64,000 nucleotides of DNA from Desulfobacterales bacterium (GCA_963674755.2 CAXXVS010000003.1:64001-128000), one strand, 5' to 3'. Numbered from the stretch's first letter, positions 50,245 to 61,220 are shown. Notes: a model not told the origin generated them from the letters alone. Made by a program: numbers and translations.

Positions 50245-50574
50245 ATGCCGGATGTTATCGATATCGCTAAAAAAGCCCTTCTGACAGGCATCGGTCTGGC
50301 CCTGACCGCCAAGGACGAGGCCGAGGATCTGGCCCGGGAGCTGGAAAAAAAATTAAACCTGAATGAAGAAGAGGGTAAGAAATTCCTCAAGGACATTCAG
50401 AAACGTTATGAGGAAACCCAGGACAAACTTGAGGCCCGTGTCGAAAAATCCGTTCAAAAATTTCTGAAAAAGGCCGACATCGTCACCACCGACGAATTGA
50501 AAGCCCTCAAAAAAGAAATCCGCGATCTGAAGCAGTCCCTCAACAAAACCGCGGATGGGACCGGGGAAAACTAG
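50245..50574 (+). CDS. Phasin-like granule-associated protein
   Basis: KKALLTGIG N-terminal amphipathic helix, EEEGKKF and coiled coil. Strong RBS AGGAGG. Confidence 0.75.
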   Translation: MPDVIDIAKKALLTGIGLALTAKDEAEDLARELEKKLNLNEEEGKKFLKDIQKRYEETQDKLEARVEKSVQKFLKKADIVTTDELKALKKEIRDLKQSLNKTADGTGEN

Positions 50575-50693
50575 ACCCGACGCGATGTGAGGCGTCGCCT
50601 TCCAGCGACGCGTGCGCCTTCACCGACCCCCCGTGCGGCGCACGCTTGCGGCTGGGCTCACCAGCGATCCACGATCGGCATGGGGAAACCCGC

Positions 50694-52391
50694 ATGCTCA
50701 GTATCCGGAAAATTGGCGTTATTGGCCGGACCTACCGGCATTTAACCCGTTATCGGCAAATCCTGACCGTTTTTTTCAAATATGGATTTGGCGATCTGGT
50801 CGATCTGCTGAAAATCGATCAATACATCGAAATCGGCCTGCAGATGATCTCCCGCAACCGGCGGGAACGATTGGAGCGCATGACCCGTGCGGAACGGATG
50901 CGCCTGGCCATGGAAGAATTGGGCCCCACCTATATCAAGCTCGGCCAGGTGCTTTCCACCCGTCCGGATCTGATCCCGGTCGATTTTATCCGAGAATTAT
51001 CCAAACTCCAGGACGAGGTGCCGCCCTTTCCTTTTGACGAGGTGCGGCAGATCATCACCCGCGAGCTGGGCAGCGTCCCGGAAACGCTTTTTGACCAGTT
51101 TGACGAAACCCCCCAGGCCTCGGCCTCCATCGGACAGGTCCACCGGGCCGTCCTCAAAGACGGCGATGAGGTGGCCGTCAAGGTCCAGAGGCCGGGCATC
51201 GAACGCACCATCGAGGTGGATCTGGAAATCATGCTCCATCTGGCCACCCTGATGGAGCGCCACATCGAAGAGATCGCCTTTTACCGACCGGTCAAGATTG
51301 TCGAGGAATTTGCCAAGACCCTGGAGCGGGAAATCGACTATACCATCGAAGCCAGCAACATGGAGCGCGTGGCCGGCCAATTTCTGAGTGATATGACGGT
51401 CTACATCCCCAAGGTGTATCGCGACTTCACCACCTCTAAAATCCTCACGGCCGAATTTATCGATGGCATTAAAATCTCCGAAATCCGGCAATTGGAAGAC
51501 GCGGGGCTTGATCGCCGCGAAATCACCCGGCGGGGCGCCCACATCCTGTTGCGGCAGGTCTTTGAAATCGGATTCTTCCATGGCGATCCCCATCCCGGCA
51601 ATATTTTCGTCCTGCCGGACAATGTCATCTGCCTGTTGGATTTCGGCATGGTCGGTTCCGTCGACCGGCAGACACGGGAGGATTTTGTGGATTTGGTGGA
51701 TGCGGTGGTCCACCGCCATGAGAGCCGGACAGCCCAGGTCCTGCTCAAGCTGACCACCTGGGATGAAAAACCGGATATGCGCATATTTGAAAAGGACGTG
51801 GCCGATTTCATGGGGCATCACCTATACCGCCCCTTGAGCGAAATCAATTTCGGCCGCCTGTTGCAAAACCTGCTGGAACTGGCCGCGCAGAACCGTCTCG
51901 TGATCCCCCCGGATATCTTTCTGATGATGAAAACCTTGGCGGCGGTGGAAGGGGTGGCCCGAATGCTGGATCCCCGCTTCGACATTTTTACGACGGCCGA
52001 GCCGTTTATCAAGCAGGTCAAACTGGCCCGCTTTCATCCCCGGCGTTTAACCGGTGATTTTATGCAGCTCAGTTCGGACCTGTTGACCTTTCTTCAGCAA
52101 TTCCCTGGGGAACTCCTTGAAATCACACGCAAGGTTCGTCAGCAAAAACTTTCCCTGAGCGTGGAGTTAAAAGGCCTCGACACCATGCTGGAAACCCATG
52201 ACCAGATCAGCAACCGGGTGTCCTTCTCCATTATCATTGCCGGTTTGATCATCGGCAGCTCGATCATCGTGGTCTCCGGCGTCCCGCCCCTGTTCTACGG
52301 TATCTCCCTGATCGGCATCATTGTGTTCATCACAGGCGCCGTGATGGGATTGTGGCTCCTGATCGCCATCATCAAAAAGGGGCGTCTCTAA
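50694..52391 (+). CDS. UbiB/AarF (ABC1) kinase-like protein
   Basis: LGPTYIKLGQ, ASASIGQVH, VAVKVQRP, FHGDPHPGN, LDFGMVG and C-terminal TM helices. Confidence 0.92.
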   Translation: MLSIRKIGVIGRTYRHLTRYRQILTVFFKYGFGDLVDLLKIDQYIEIGLQMISRNRRERLERMTRAERMRLAMEELGPTYIKLGQVLSTRPDLIPVDFIRELSKLQDEVPPFPFDEVRQIITRELGSVPETLFDQFDETPQASASIGQVHRAVLKDGDEVAVKVQRPGIERTIEVDLEIMLHLATLMERHIEEIAFYRPVKIVEEFAKTLEREIDYTIEASNMERVAGQFLSDMTVYIPKVYRDFTTSKILTAEFIDGIKISEIRQLEDAGLDRREITRRGAHILLRQVFEIGFFHGDPHPGNIFVLPDNVICLLDFGMVGSVDRQTREDFVDLVDAVVHRHESRTAQVLLKLTTWDEKPDMRIFEKDVADFMGHHLYRPLSEINFGRLLQNLLELAAQNRLVIPPDIFLMMKTLAAVEGVARMLDPRFDIFTTAEPFIKQVKLARFHPRRLTGDFMQLSSDLLTFLQQFPGELLEITRKVRQQKLSLSVELKGLDTMLETHDQISNRVSFSIIIAGLIIGSSIIVVSGVPPLFYGISLIGIIVFITGAVMGLWLLIAIIKKGRL

Positions 52392-52557
52392 CCGCACCCC
52401 CTGCCCACCTCGCGTTGCGCGCCGCGGCGTCCAACATTTTTGTTCTAGAGAGTTGCTTTCCATTACATTATTGTTATAAGAAGTCCCGATTGCGCCAACG
52501 GGTCATCACACCACGACGGCCTGGCCGGTCGCATAGATGAGAGGAGAGGGCGGCCCC

Positions 52558-54081
52558 ATGAAGAAAATCGAAGAAGCTTCGTTTTTCTATGAAATCAGCG
52601 AAACCCTGAATGAGCACCTCGATCTGAAAAAATCGCTTTACAAAGTGCTCGACATCCTGGCGAACTCATTGGATATGGCCCGTGGCACCATCACCCTGCT
52701 GGATCCGGTGCGCAATGAAATCCGCATCGAAGTGGCCCACGGCATCACCCAGCGCGCCATGCGGCGGGTCAAGTACAAGTTGGGCGAGGGGATCACCGGT
52801 GGGGTCATCCAGTCCGGCAAGGCGGTCTCCATTCCCAAAATCAGCGAAGAGCCCAATTTCCTCAACCGCACCGTTTCCCGCCGTACCAAGCAGGATCTCG
52901 ATTTGTCTTTCATCTGTGTCCCCATCAAAAAGGGCCGCCAGGTCATCGGTGCCCTGAGCGTGGACAAGGCCTATGAACCTGACTACAGCCTGAAAAAGGC
53001 CGAGAAGCTGCTGACCGTGGTCGCCACCATGGTAGCCCGCCATGTGATCAATCTGGAAACCATTCGCATGGAGAAACAAACCCTGCGCGAGGAGAACCGG
53101 CGTCTCCTGCAGGAGCTGGAAAACAAGTACCGCATCACCAATATCGTCGGCAACAGCAACAAAATGCGGGAAGTTTTCCAGATGGTCTCCCAGGTGTCCA
53201 AAAGCAACGCCACGGTTCTGGTGCGTGGCGAGAGCGGCACCGGCAAAGAGCTGGTGGCCAACTCCGTTCATTACAACAGCCACCGGGCCCAGCAGCCTTT
53301 CATCAAGATCAACTGCGCCGCCATTCCGGCCAACCTGATCGAAAGCGAGCTTTTCGGTCATGAGAGGGGAGCCTTCACCGGCGCCATCAACCAGAAACTC
53401 GGTAAATTCGAGCTGGCCAACCGTGGCACCCTCTTTCTCGACGAAATCGGGTCCATCGGGCTCGACGTCCAGGTCAATCTGCTGCGGGTACTGCAGGAAC
53501 GCGAATTCGAGCGGGTAGGCGGTCAGAAAACCATCAAGGTGGACGTACGCATTATCGCCGCCACCAACAAAAACCTGGAACAGGCGGTGGAGGACGGCAC
53601 CTTCCGGGGCGATTTGTACTACCGCCTCAATGTTTTTCCGATTTATATGCCGCCCCTGCGGGAGCGCAAGACCGACATCCTGCTGCTGGCCGACCACTTC
53701 CTGGAAAAATACGCCAAGGAAAACGACAAGGATATCCGACGCTTTTCCACCCCTGCCATCGATATGCTCATGGCCTACCACTGGCCCGGCAATGTGCGCG
53801 AACTGGAAAACTGCATCGAGCGGTCGGTCCTGCTCTGCGAAGAAGGGGTCATCCACAGCTATCATCTGCCCCCGACCCTGCAGACCGGCGAAGAATCCGA
53901 TACCCTGCCGGCCATGTCCCTGGAAGAAGCCGTGGCCAACCTCGAGAGGGAAATGCTCATCGATGCGCTGAAAAACGCCCGGGGCAACATCACCCAGGCC
54001 GCCAGTATTCTGAAGACCACGGTGCGCAAGTTCGCCTACAAGGCCAAACGCTACGGTATTGATTACAAACACTATCGATAG
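52558..54081 (+). CDS. GAF-domain sigma-54-dependent activator (NifA/FhlA architecture)
   Basis: GAF (GEGITG, SFICVPI), [14 protein letters not shown] and Fis HTH. Confidence 0.92.
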   Translation: MKKIEEASFFYEISETLNEHLDLKKSLYKVLDILANSLDMARGTITLLDPVRNEIRIEVAHGITQRAMRRVKYKLGEGITGGVIQSGKAVSIPKISEEPNFLNRTVSRRTKQDLDLSFICVPIKKGRQVIGALSVDKAYEPDYSLKKAEKLLTVVATMVARHVINLETIRMEKQTLREENRRLLQELENKYRITNIVGNSNKMREVFQMVSQVSKSNATVLVRGESGTGKELVANSVHYNSHRAQQPFIKINCAAIPANLIESELFGHERGAFTGAINQKLGKFELANRGTLFLDEIGSIGLDVQVNLLRVLQEREFERVGGQKTIKVDVRIIAATNKNLEQAVEDGTFRGDLYYRLNVFPIYMPPLRERKTDILLLADHFLEKYAKENDKDIRRFSTPAIDMLMAYHWPGNVRELENCIERSVLLCEEGVIHSYHLPPTLQTGEESDTLPAMSLEEAVANLEREMLIDALKNARGNITQAASILKTTVRKFAYKAKRYGIDYKHYR

Positions 54082-54271
54082 CATGAACCGCACGGCCGCG
54101 CGCCCCGTTGACCATCCGGGAAGCCCGGGCCGGGGGACCGATCCGGGGCTGACCGCCACCACCCGCCATGCAACCGCAGCGCATTTCTCTTTTCGCTTTT
54201 CCCCTCCCGCACAAGCCGGTTGTACCTGGACCGGCCAGGTGGTATGACCGGGCCGATCAGGATATCGAGCC

Positions 54272-55495
54272 ATGAATGCCAAAGAAATCAAAACCTTCTG
54301 CATCCTTTTTTTCGCCCTGATGACCACCGTCACCGGCGTTGGCATCGTTGTCCCGCTGTTGCCGGTCTATGCCCGGGACATCGGGGCCGGCGGCTTCTAT
54401 ATCGGCATGATCTTCGGCATCTTTTCCATTTCGCGGACCGCTTTCATTCCTTATTTCGGTCGCACCTCCGACCGCCGGGGACGCAAACCGTTCATTTTAG
54501 GCGGTCTGCTGGGCTATGCCGTTGTGGCCGCCGCCTTCTGTTACACCACCAGTATCAATATGCTCATCACAATTCGCTTTTTTCAGGGCATTTTTTCCGC
54601 CATGATGATGCCCGTGCTCCAGGCCTATGTGGGCGACATCACCCCCGACGGTCGCGAGGGATTTACCATGGGCGTCTTCAATCTGGCGACCTTTGTGGGA
54701 CTCGGCCTGGGCCCCCTTCTGGGCGGGATTATCAGCGACCGCTGGAATCTGCAGGCCGCCTTTGCGAGCATGGGCATTCTGGCCCTGATCGGGTTTGGCC
54801 TCAGTTTGCTGGGGCTGCCCCCCGCGCGCCACGAAAAAGGGTTTCGCCACTACGCCGCCCCGGTTGCCTGGCGGCAGCTCCTGCGCGACCGGGAAGTCAT
54901 CGGTCTGTTCGCCTTTCGGACGGCTTACACCACCTGCATCGGCGTCATTTGGGGATTTTTGCCGATTTATGCCGACCAGGCCCTGCACCCCAGCCGCTCG
55001 GCCATCGGCGCGCTCATCATGACCGGTGTCATGGTGAGTGGTTTGCTTCAGGTTCCCATGGGCTGCCTTGCCGATCGCCTGTCCAAACCCCGCATGGTGA
55101 CGGTGGGCGGCATTTTGGCCGGCCTGGGCGTGCTGACGTTTATCTGGGACCAGACCCTCGCCGGTATGCTGCTCAGCAGCGGATTGTTCGGCCTGGGCGG
55201 CGGTATCGCCATGCCGGCGCTGATGGGCATGACCGTCAGCAAAGGCGTCCGCTCCGGTGCCATGGGGTCTATCATGGCCCTCCTGACTTTAGGCCATAGC
55301 CTGGGAATGATGATCGGCGCACTAATGGCCGGCGGGTTCATGGATCTGCTGACACTCCGCTGGGCCTTTCCTTGTGGGGCGGTTGTGATGGTGATGGGGG
55401 TGGGTGCGTTCCGCTGGTGGTCGGGCGGAACCGATGTGCCGTTCGAATCCGCCGACCGCCGGGCCCTGCAACGCATGGACCCTGGCAACCATTGA
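54272..55495 (+). CDS. MFS transporter (DHA1-like)
   Basis: About 12 TM segments and motif A GRTSDRRGRK. Confidence 0.9.
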   Translation: MNAKEIKTFCILFFALMTTVTGVGIVVPLLPVYARDIGAGGFYIGMIFGIFSISRTAFIPYFGRTSDRRGRKPFILGGLLGYAVVAAAFCYTTSINMLITIRFFQGIFSAMMMPVLQAYVGDITPDGREGFTMGVFNLATFVGLGLGPLLGGIISDRWNLQAAFASMGILALIGFGLSLLGLPPARHEKGFRHYAAPVAWRQLLRDREVIGLFAFRTAYTTCIGVIWGFLPIYADQALHPSRSAIGALIMTGVMVSGLLQVPMGCLADRLSKPRMVTVGGILAGLGVLTFIWDQTLAGMLLSSGLFGLGGGIAMPALMGMTVSKGVRSGAMGSIMALLTLGHSLGMMIGALMAGGFMDLLTLRWAFPCGAVVMVMGVGAFRWWSGGTDVPFESADRRALQRMDPGNH

Positions 55496-55517
55496 TAGCG
55501 CTGACTTGCGGAATCGA

Positions 55518-55545
55518 TTGACTTTCTAGGAATTTGCTTTACATT
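55518..55545 (+). promoter_or_regulatory. Putative sigma-70 promoter for dnaJ
   Basis: TTGACT-16 bp-TACATT. Confidence 0.45.
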
Positions 55546-55732
55546 AACGCCACATTGATTCAATCGGGGGAACAACCCCCCGCATCATTCCTGTTATCCC
55601 CCAACGGATAACGGAATTTGAGGTCCGAGCAGAGTCTCACACCCCGCCGAGGACAGGGCGCCCCAGGGTGGGGACTTTAACCGCTAACCATCTTTGAGCC
55701 TGAATGGTTTTAAGTCAAAATTGGATGCATCC

Positions 55733-56842
55733 ATGAGCAGCAAACGGGATTACTACGAAGTCCTCAACGTTGAGCGCAATGCCAGTGATGCCGACCTGAA
55801 AAAAGCCTATCGCAAACTGGCCCTCCAATATCACCCCGACCGCAACCCCGGTGACGCCGCCGCCGAAGAAAAATTCAAAGAAGCGGCTGAAGCCTACGAT
55901 GTGTTAACCGACCCCCAGAAGCGTCAGCTCTACGATCGCTTCGGGCATCAGGGCCTGGAAGGCTCGGGCTTCTCGGGATTTTCAGGGTTCGAGGACATCT
56001 TCTCCAGTTTTGGCGATATTTTCGAAGATTTTTTCGGCCTGGGATCGGGACGCGGCTCCCGCAGCCGGCACCAGCGCGGCGCGGACCTGCGCTATGACCT
56101 GTCCCTGACGTTTCTGGAAGCCGCTTTCGGGGTGGAAAAAGAGCTGCCCCTGGAAAAAATGGATACCTGCGAAACGTGCGGGGGCAGCGGCTGCCAGTCC
56201 GGCACCCAGCCGGAAACCTGCAATTTCTGCCGCGGCACCGGGCAGATGGCGCGCAGCCAGGGCTTTTTCACGGTTCGGACCAGCTGCCCCCACTGCCGGG
56301 GCACCGGGCAGATGATCGCCGATCCCTGCCGGGACTGCCGGGGGACGGGGCAGATCAAGACCCGCAAGACCGTGTCGGTCAAAATTCCGGCCGGGGTGGA
56401 CACCGGCTCGCGCCTGCGGTTGACCAACGAGGGGGAGGCCGGCCGTCAGGGCGGTCCCCGCGGCGATCTTTACGTCTTCATCCACGTAGAACCCCACGAT
56501 TTTTTCGAGCGCGACAATGCCGACGTGATTTGCCGGGTGCCCATCTCCTTTATCCAGGCGACCTTGGGGGACACCATCAGCGTACCTACCCTGGAGGATG
56601 AAAAAAAACTGCGCATTCCCAAAGGGACCCAGTACGGCGACGTCTTCCGCTTCAACGGTGAAGGCATCCCCTCCCTGCGCACCGGCCGACGCGGCGATCA
56701 AATCATTCAGGTCATCATCAAAACCCCCACCAGCTTGTCGAAAAAGCAGGAGTCGCTGCTCAAGGAATTCGCCAAACTGGAATCCGGCAAGATTTCCAAA
56801 CGCCTTAAAAATATTCTCCGGGGCGAGTCGGTCGGCACCTGA
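55733..56842 (+). CDS. dnaJ: Chaperone DnaJ
   Basis: J domain with HPD, G/F region, four CxxCxGxG repeats and C-terminal domain. Confidence 0.97.
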   Translation: MSSKRDYYEVLNVERNASDADLKKAYRKLALQYHPDRNPGDAAAEEKFKEAAEAYDVLTDPQKRQLYDRFGHQGLEGSGFSGFSGFEDIFSSFGDIFEDFFGLGSGRGSRSRHQRGADLRYDLSLTFLEAAFGVEKELPLEKMDTCETCGGSGCQSGTQPETCNFCRGTGQMARSQGFFTVRTSCPHCRGTGQMIADPCRDCRGTGQIKTRKTVSVKIPAGVDTGSRLRLTNEGEAGRQGGPRGDLYVFIHVEPHDFFERDNADVICRVPISFIQATLGDTISVPTLEDEKKLRIPKGTQYGDVFRFNGEGIPSLRTGRRGDQIIQVIIKTPTSLSKKQESLLKEFAKLESGKISKRLKNILRGESVGT

Positions 56843-56892
56843 CAGAACCGCCACCGGCCGCCGCACACTCCCTGAACGCCATAGGATGGATC

Positions 56893-57267
56893 ATGTTTGA
56901 ACTGCGCGTTGTCACTCGATTTGCCGCCGCCCACCGATTGACCATGGTGGGTGCCAAATGCGAAAATCTGCACGGTCATAATTGGAAAATCGAGGTTTAT
57001 GTGCAGGGGCAGGAATTGGACCGGGGAGGGGTTTTAGTGGATTTCGGCATCATCAAGGGCCACGTTCGGTCCTTGATGGAGACCCTTGACCATAAATTTC
57101 TCAACGAGCTGGACTATTTCCAGGACGGCACGCCCCCTTCGTCAGAGAATATCGCCCGCTATGTGGCCGACCGCCTGGCCGAGCGGCTGGACATTCCGGG
57201 CATCCGCGTCTCCCGGGTGACCGCCTGGGAATCCGACGACGCCTGCGCCACCTATCTGCCCGCGTGA
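56893..57267 (+). CDS. queD: 6-carboxytetrahydropterin synthase
   Basis: FAAAH, CENLHGHNW, DF, LDHKFLN, SSENIA and WES. Confidence 0.93.
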   Translation: MFELRVVTRFAAAHRLTMVGAKCENLHGHNWKIEVYVQGQELDRGGVLVDFGIIKGHVRSLMETLDHKFLNELDYFQDGTPPSSENIARYVADRLAERLDIPGIRVSRVTAWESDDACATYLPA

Positions 57268-57295
57268 GGCTCCTCCCCGCATTGCGGGGGCCTCA
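57265..57295. terminator. GC-rich hairpin between convergent queD and pyrE
   Basis: TGAGGC-TCCT-CCCCGC-ATT-GCGGGG-GCCTCA; no clear U-tract. Confidence 0.4.
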
Positions 57296-57859
57296 GGACC
57301 GTTTTTCCATACACGCCATAAGTTCGTCACGGGTAATGATGGCCGTCACATCGGCGACATGCTCCCGGATGTTGGCCAGCCCGCCTTCCTCACGGTCCAC
57401 GAGAATTACCGCCTGCACAACCTCCAGCCCTTCTTCCCGGGCCCGCTGGATAGCCTTGATGGTGGACCCCCCGGTGGTGGCCACGTCATCGATGATGGCC
57501 ACCCGCTCCCCCGGCTGAACATCACCCTCCAGCCAGCGAATGATCCCGTGATCCTTGCGCGTCTTGCGGATGGAAAAGGCCTGGATGGGCTGCTGGTTCA
57601 GTTCTGAGGCGAAGGCCGTGGCCACGGCGATGGGATCGGCCCCGAAGGTCAGGCCCCCGACGCCCCTCACGTCCCTGGTTTTGATGGCCTCGAAGACCAG
57701 GTGTCCGGTCAGAAACATCCCCCGCGGACTCAGGGTGGTGGGTTTGCAATTGACATAGAACCGGCTGAGGCGCCCCGACACCAGTTTGAATTTCGGCTCC
57801 GGGCTGTACTGAAAAGACTTTTGGCACAACAGCGCGGTGAGTTCTTCTTTGTAGGTCAT
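57293..57859 (-). CDS. pyrE: Orotate phosphoribosyltransferase
   Basis: FKLVSG.LS.FYVN, GADPIA, RK..KDHG, PRPP motif [11 protein letters not shown] and VDREEG. Start re-picked at MTYKE. Confidence 0.93.
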   Translation of the reverse strand: MTYKEELTALLCQKSFQYSPEPKFKLVSGRLSRFYVNCKPTTLSPRGMFLTGHLVFEAIKTRDVRGVGGLTFGADPIAVATAFASELNQQPIQAFSIRKTRKDHGIIRWLEGDVQPGERVAIIDDVATTGGSTIKAIQRAREEGLEVVQAVILVDREEGGLANIREHVADVTAIITRDELMACMEKRS

Positions 57860-57967
57860 CGCTGTTATCCGTTCCCATCCCTCGGAGAGCGCTCCCAGCG
57901 GCGGTTTCACCGCCCGAACACTCTTCGATTTTGTTAACCGCTTGATTTTGAAACGCAATTTGGGTAT

Positions 57968-58024
57968 AAAAAAAGCCTCCACTAATTTGGAAGAAGCCTG
58001 TCTAATGGGTTTTAGTGGAGGCTT
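57968..58024 (-). terminator. Terminator-like hairpin in the pyrE leader (candidate attenuator)
   Basis: 13-bp perfect stem AAGCCTCCACTAA / TTAGTGGAGGCTT ending in a T7 run on the minus strand, about 110 nt before pyrE. Confidence 0.6.
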
Positions 58025-58226
58025 GAGCAAGGAAAACCGGGGACGGCACTCCCTGAACTCGGGACCAGAATTACCAGCTTATCAGGACCGGGTCAATCGC
58101 TAAGCCGCATGGTTGGCGCCCGGCCGGTGGGTCGTAGCATATGACGAGCGAGTGTTTTTTTAGGATACGCAACCCTCTTCCGGTGGCCGCGGCCCCGCAT
58201 GGCCCATCCACGAGGAAGGCCACCGC

Positions 58227-58916
58227 ATGACCCCCGATGACAGCAGGGACGCCCTCATCCGTCTCTTCCACGTCCATCGGCACTTCCATGCCACCCGGGC
58301 CTTGACGGACATCACCTTGGATTTTTACCGCAATGAATTCATCTTCGTGACCGGGCCCAGCGGCGCCGGCAAAACCACCCTGCTCAAACTGCTCTACCGC
58401 GGTGAAACCGCCAGCCAGGGCCAGATTCTGGTAGACGGCATGAACCTGGCGCGCATTCCCCACAAGAAAATTCATTTGCTGCGCCGCAAGTTCGGCATCA
58501 TCTTCCAGGACTATAAACTGATTCCCACCCGCACGATTTTTGACAACGTGGCCCTGGTGCTGGAGGCGGCCGGCCGCAAACCGGCCTATATCCGCAAGAA
58601 AGTGCAAAGCGTGCTCCGGATCGTGGACATGGAACAGCGTCAGGACGCGCTGCCCCCCAGCCTGTCCGGGGGAGAGCAGCAGCGCATTGCCGTGGCCCGG
58701 GCCGTGGTGGGGGATCCCACCATCATCCTTGCGGACGAACCCACCGGAAGTCTGGACGCCGATTCGGCCCGACTGATCATGAAGCTGCTGAAATCGTTTC
58801 ACACCCGGGGGGCCACGGTGATCGTGGCCACCCATGACAGGGAGCTGCTTCGCAGCCTGCCGGGGCGCATCGTTTATTTACAGGAGGGGCGCCTCGCCAA
58901 CGCGTCGGCGGTGTAG
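58227..58916 (+). CDS. ftsE: Cell division ATP-binding protein
   Basis: [24 protein letters not shown] and ILADEPTG; followed by ftsX. Confidence 0.93.
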   Translation: MTPDDSRDALIRLFHVHRHFHATRALTDITLDFYRNEFIFVTGPSGAGKTTLLKLLYRGETASQGQILVDGMNLARIPHKKIHLLRRKFGIIFQDYKLIPTRTIFDNVALVLEAAGRKPAYIRKKVQSVLRIVDMEQRQDALPPSLSGGEQQRIAVARAVVGDPTIILADEPTGSLDADSARLIMKLLKSFHTRGATVIVATHDRELLRSLPGRIVYLQEGRLANASAV

Positions 58917-58932
58917 CCGCCGGAGGACCGTC

Positions 58933-59820
58933 ATGCCGATGCTCCAATTTCATCTGAAGAGTGCCCTGAAAGACATCCGCAGCAATCGTTTGCTGAGCCT
59001 GGTGACCATCAGCACCTTTGCCTTGTCGATTCTCATCGTTAGCACGGCCCTGCTCTTTTTTGTCAATATGAACAGCATCATCGACGGCTGGCGGCAAGGC
59101 ATCCACCTGATGGCCTATCTCCGGGACGGCCTGACCGACACCGACCGCAGCCACCTGAAGGCCCAGATTGAGAATCTCTATGGCGTGCAGCACGCCGAGT
59201 TTATTTCCAAGGATCAGGCCCTGGCGCGCCTGCGCGAACAGATGAGCCGCCAGGCGGCCATCCTGGATAATCTGGAGGCCAACCCCCTGCCCGACGCCTT
59301 CGAGATTCAAATGATCGCGGCCTCCCAGACCTGGGACAAGGTGGAACAGCTGGCCGCTTCCCTGGAAGCGCTGGACGGGGTCAATGAAGTGGAGTACGGC
59401 CAGCGCTGGATCAAACGCATCATCAATGTGTTCCATCTGTTTCAGATGACGGCCTATACCATGGGGGCCCTCTTTTTCATGGCGGCCGTCTTTATCGTCG
59501 GCAACACGGTGCGCCTGGTGCTCTTCTCCCGGAAGGAAGAGGTGGAAATCATGCGTCTGGTGGGGGCCACCGAGGGTTTTATCCTGGCCCCCTTTTATTT
59601 TCAAAGCCTGCTGCAGGCCGCCGCGGGCAGCGTGATCGGCCTGGTTGGTCTTTACCTCATGTATATGTTGATCCAAGCCCGGATCACCGCAGGCATGACG
59701 GCCGCCTTTTTTGAACCCCGTTTTCTGTCGGCGGCCACACAAATGGGCATCGTAGGATGCAGCATGCTCGTCGGATGGTTGGGATGCCACCTTTCGGTCA
59801 AACAATACGTCAAACTCTGA
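58933..59820 (+). CDS. ftsX: Cell division permease
   Basis: FISKDQAL, NPLPDAFE, VGNTVRL...RKEEVEIMRLVGAT. Confidence 0.93.
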   Translation: MPMLQFHLKSALKDIRSNRLLSLVTISTFALSILIVSTALLFFVNMNSIIDGWRQGIHLMAYLRDGLTDTDRSHLKAQIENLYGVQHAEFISKDQALARLREQMSRQAAILDNLEANPLPDAFEIQMIAASQTWDKVEQLAASLEALDGVNEVEYGQRWIKRIINVFHLFQMTAYTMGALFFMAAVFIVGNTVRLVLFSRKEEVEIMRLVGATEGFILAPFYFQSLLQAAAGSVIGLVGLYLMYMLIQARITAGMTAAFFEPRFLSAATQMGIVGCSMLVGWLGCHLSVKQYVKL

Positions 59821-61163
59821 TCGCCGCGCTCGGTCTCGGTCTGATCGGGTGGTGTGCCGTGGGATGGGCCCTGGAAACCGGGCCGCGCGAAGTGGTGGTC
59901 CAGGTGGATCATCTCAACCTGCGGGGCCGGCCGGGAACCGATGGGACGCCCTTGCGGCAGTTGGCGCGCGGCAGCCGTTTGACGATCCTGAAGAGCGGAC
60001 CCGAATGGATCAAGGTCCGCTACAAGGACACCATTGGTTATGTCCGCAACCGTGACCGCTACCTGGACACCACCCCGGCCCTGGATCAGGCCCGGGAAGA
60101 CCGGGAATCCGTCCAGGCGGAACTGGCCACTCACCGGCAGGCCCTCGAAAATATCGCCGGCCACGAAAGCGACCTGCTCGACCGGCTCGATCGTGTCAGC
60201 CACAGCATCGCCTCGGCCCGCAAGACGGCGGCCGAATTGCGGCGCAAGATCAAATCCATCGAGAAACGCATCAGCGAGGCCGAAGACGAGCGGCAGGAGG
60301 TCGCCAAGCGCATTAAAACCCAGGAGGTCCATGTGGCCGGCCGCCTGGTCGCCCTGTACAAACTCAACTGGCTGGGCAATCTCAATATTCTGGCGTCGGC
60401 GGATTCCATCAACGGCATGGTGCAGCGCAAAGCCGCGCTGGAACGAATTCTCGATCTGGACAACGTGCAGCGGGAAACCCTGTTCCAGGATTACGAGCGC
60501 TGGTCGTTCCTGCAGATCGATCTCGAAAACAGCCGCAAGGATGAGCTCGCCCTGGAAAGCCGCCATGTGGCCCAGCTGCGGCAGCTGGATCGCGAAAAAG
60601 CCGTGCGGGCGGCGCTGCTGGAGGATGTCCGCAGCCAGAAGCGTCTTGAAAAGGCGGCGATTTCCGCCCTCCAGGACGCCGCCGGTGAGCTCGACGGCGT
60701 TATCGCCTCCCTGACCCACGACGACCGCGATCGGCACGAGGTCCCGCCGCCGGGGTCGCTGGGAACATTAAAAGGCTTGCTTGATGCGCCTGTTAAAGGT
60801 AAAATTACTAATTTTTTCGGACCGTTTAAAAATACCCGCTACAACGTGATGAATTTCCGCAGCGGCATCGAATTCAAGTCCGATAGAGGCGAGCCCGTGC
60901 AGGCCGTGTTTGCCGGAAAAGTCCTTTTTGCCGATTGGTTCAAAGGCTACGGCAATATGCTGATCATCGACCATGGCAACAGCTACTGCACCCTCTACGC
61001 CCATGTCGAAGAGCTTTTCAAACAAAAGGGTGACCCGGTCGAAACCGGTGAAGTGATCGCCACCGTGGGGGATTCCGGAACGTTGTCCGGACCCGGCCTC
61101 TATTTTGAGGTCCGGCATCACGGCAAGCCCGAAGATCCGCAACAATGGCTCAAAGGCCCCTGA
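59784..61163 (+). CDS. envC: EnvC-like murein hydrolase activator (SH3, coiled coil, degenerate LytM)
   Basis: Signal/TM segment, SH3 (LNLRGRPG...GYV), coiled coil, GYGNMLIIDHG and LYFEVR. Start uncertain. Confidence 0.82.
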   Translation: MPPFGQTIRQTLIAALGLGLIGWCAVGWALETGPREVVVQVDHLNLRGRPGTDGTPLRQLARGSRLTILKSGPEWIKVRYKDTIGYVRNRDRYLDTTPALDQAREDRESVQAELATHRQALENIAGHESDLLDRLDRVSHSIASARKTAAELRRKIKSIEKRISEAEDERQEVAKRIKTQEVHVAGRLVALYKLNWLGNLNILASADSINGMVQRKAALERILDLDNVQRETLFQDYERWSFLQIDLENSRKDELALESRHVAQLRQLDREKAVRAALLEDVRSQKRLEKAAISALQDAAGELDGVIASLTHDDRDRHEVPPPGSLGTLKGLLDAPVKGKITNFFGPFKNTRYNVMNFRSGIEFKSDRGEPVQAVFAGKVLFADWFKGYGNMLIIDHGNSYCTLYAHVEELFKQKGDPVETGEVIATVGDSGTLSGPGLYFEVRHHGKPEDPQQWLKGP

Positions 61164-61220
61164 ACCGAATTCGCACAGCGCGCCCGGTCTGGTAAAGGGC
61201 CAGGAACGAAGGAGATTGCA

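Noticed and set aside
52558..54081. nifA assignment
   Set aside because: The GAF-AAA-HTH architecture fits, but no nif genes are nearby and the architecture is common.
57960..58030. c-di-GMP-I riboswitch (AAAGCCUCC match)
   Set aside because: No GGCAAA...GAAA...GACGCAAA core on either strand.
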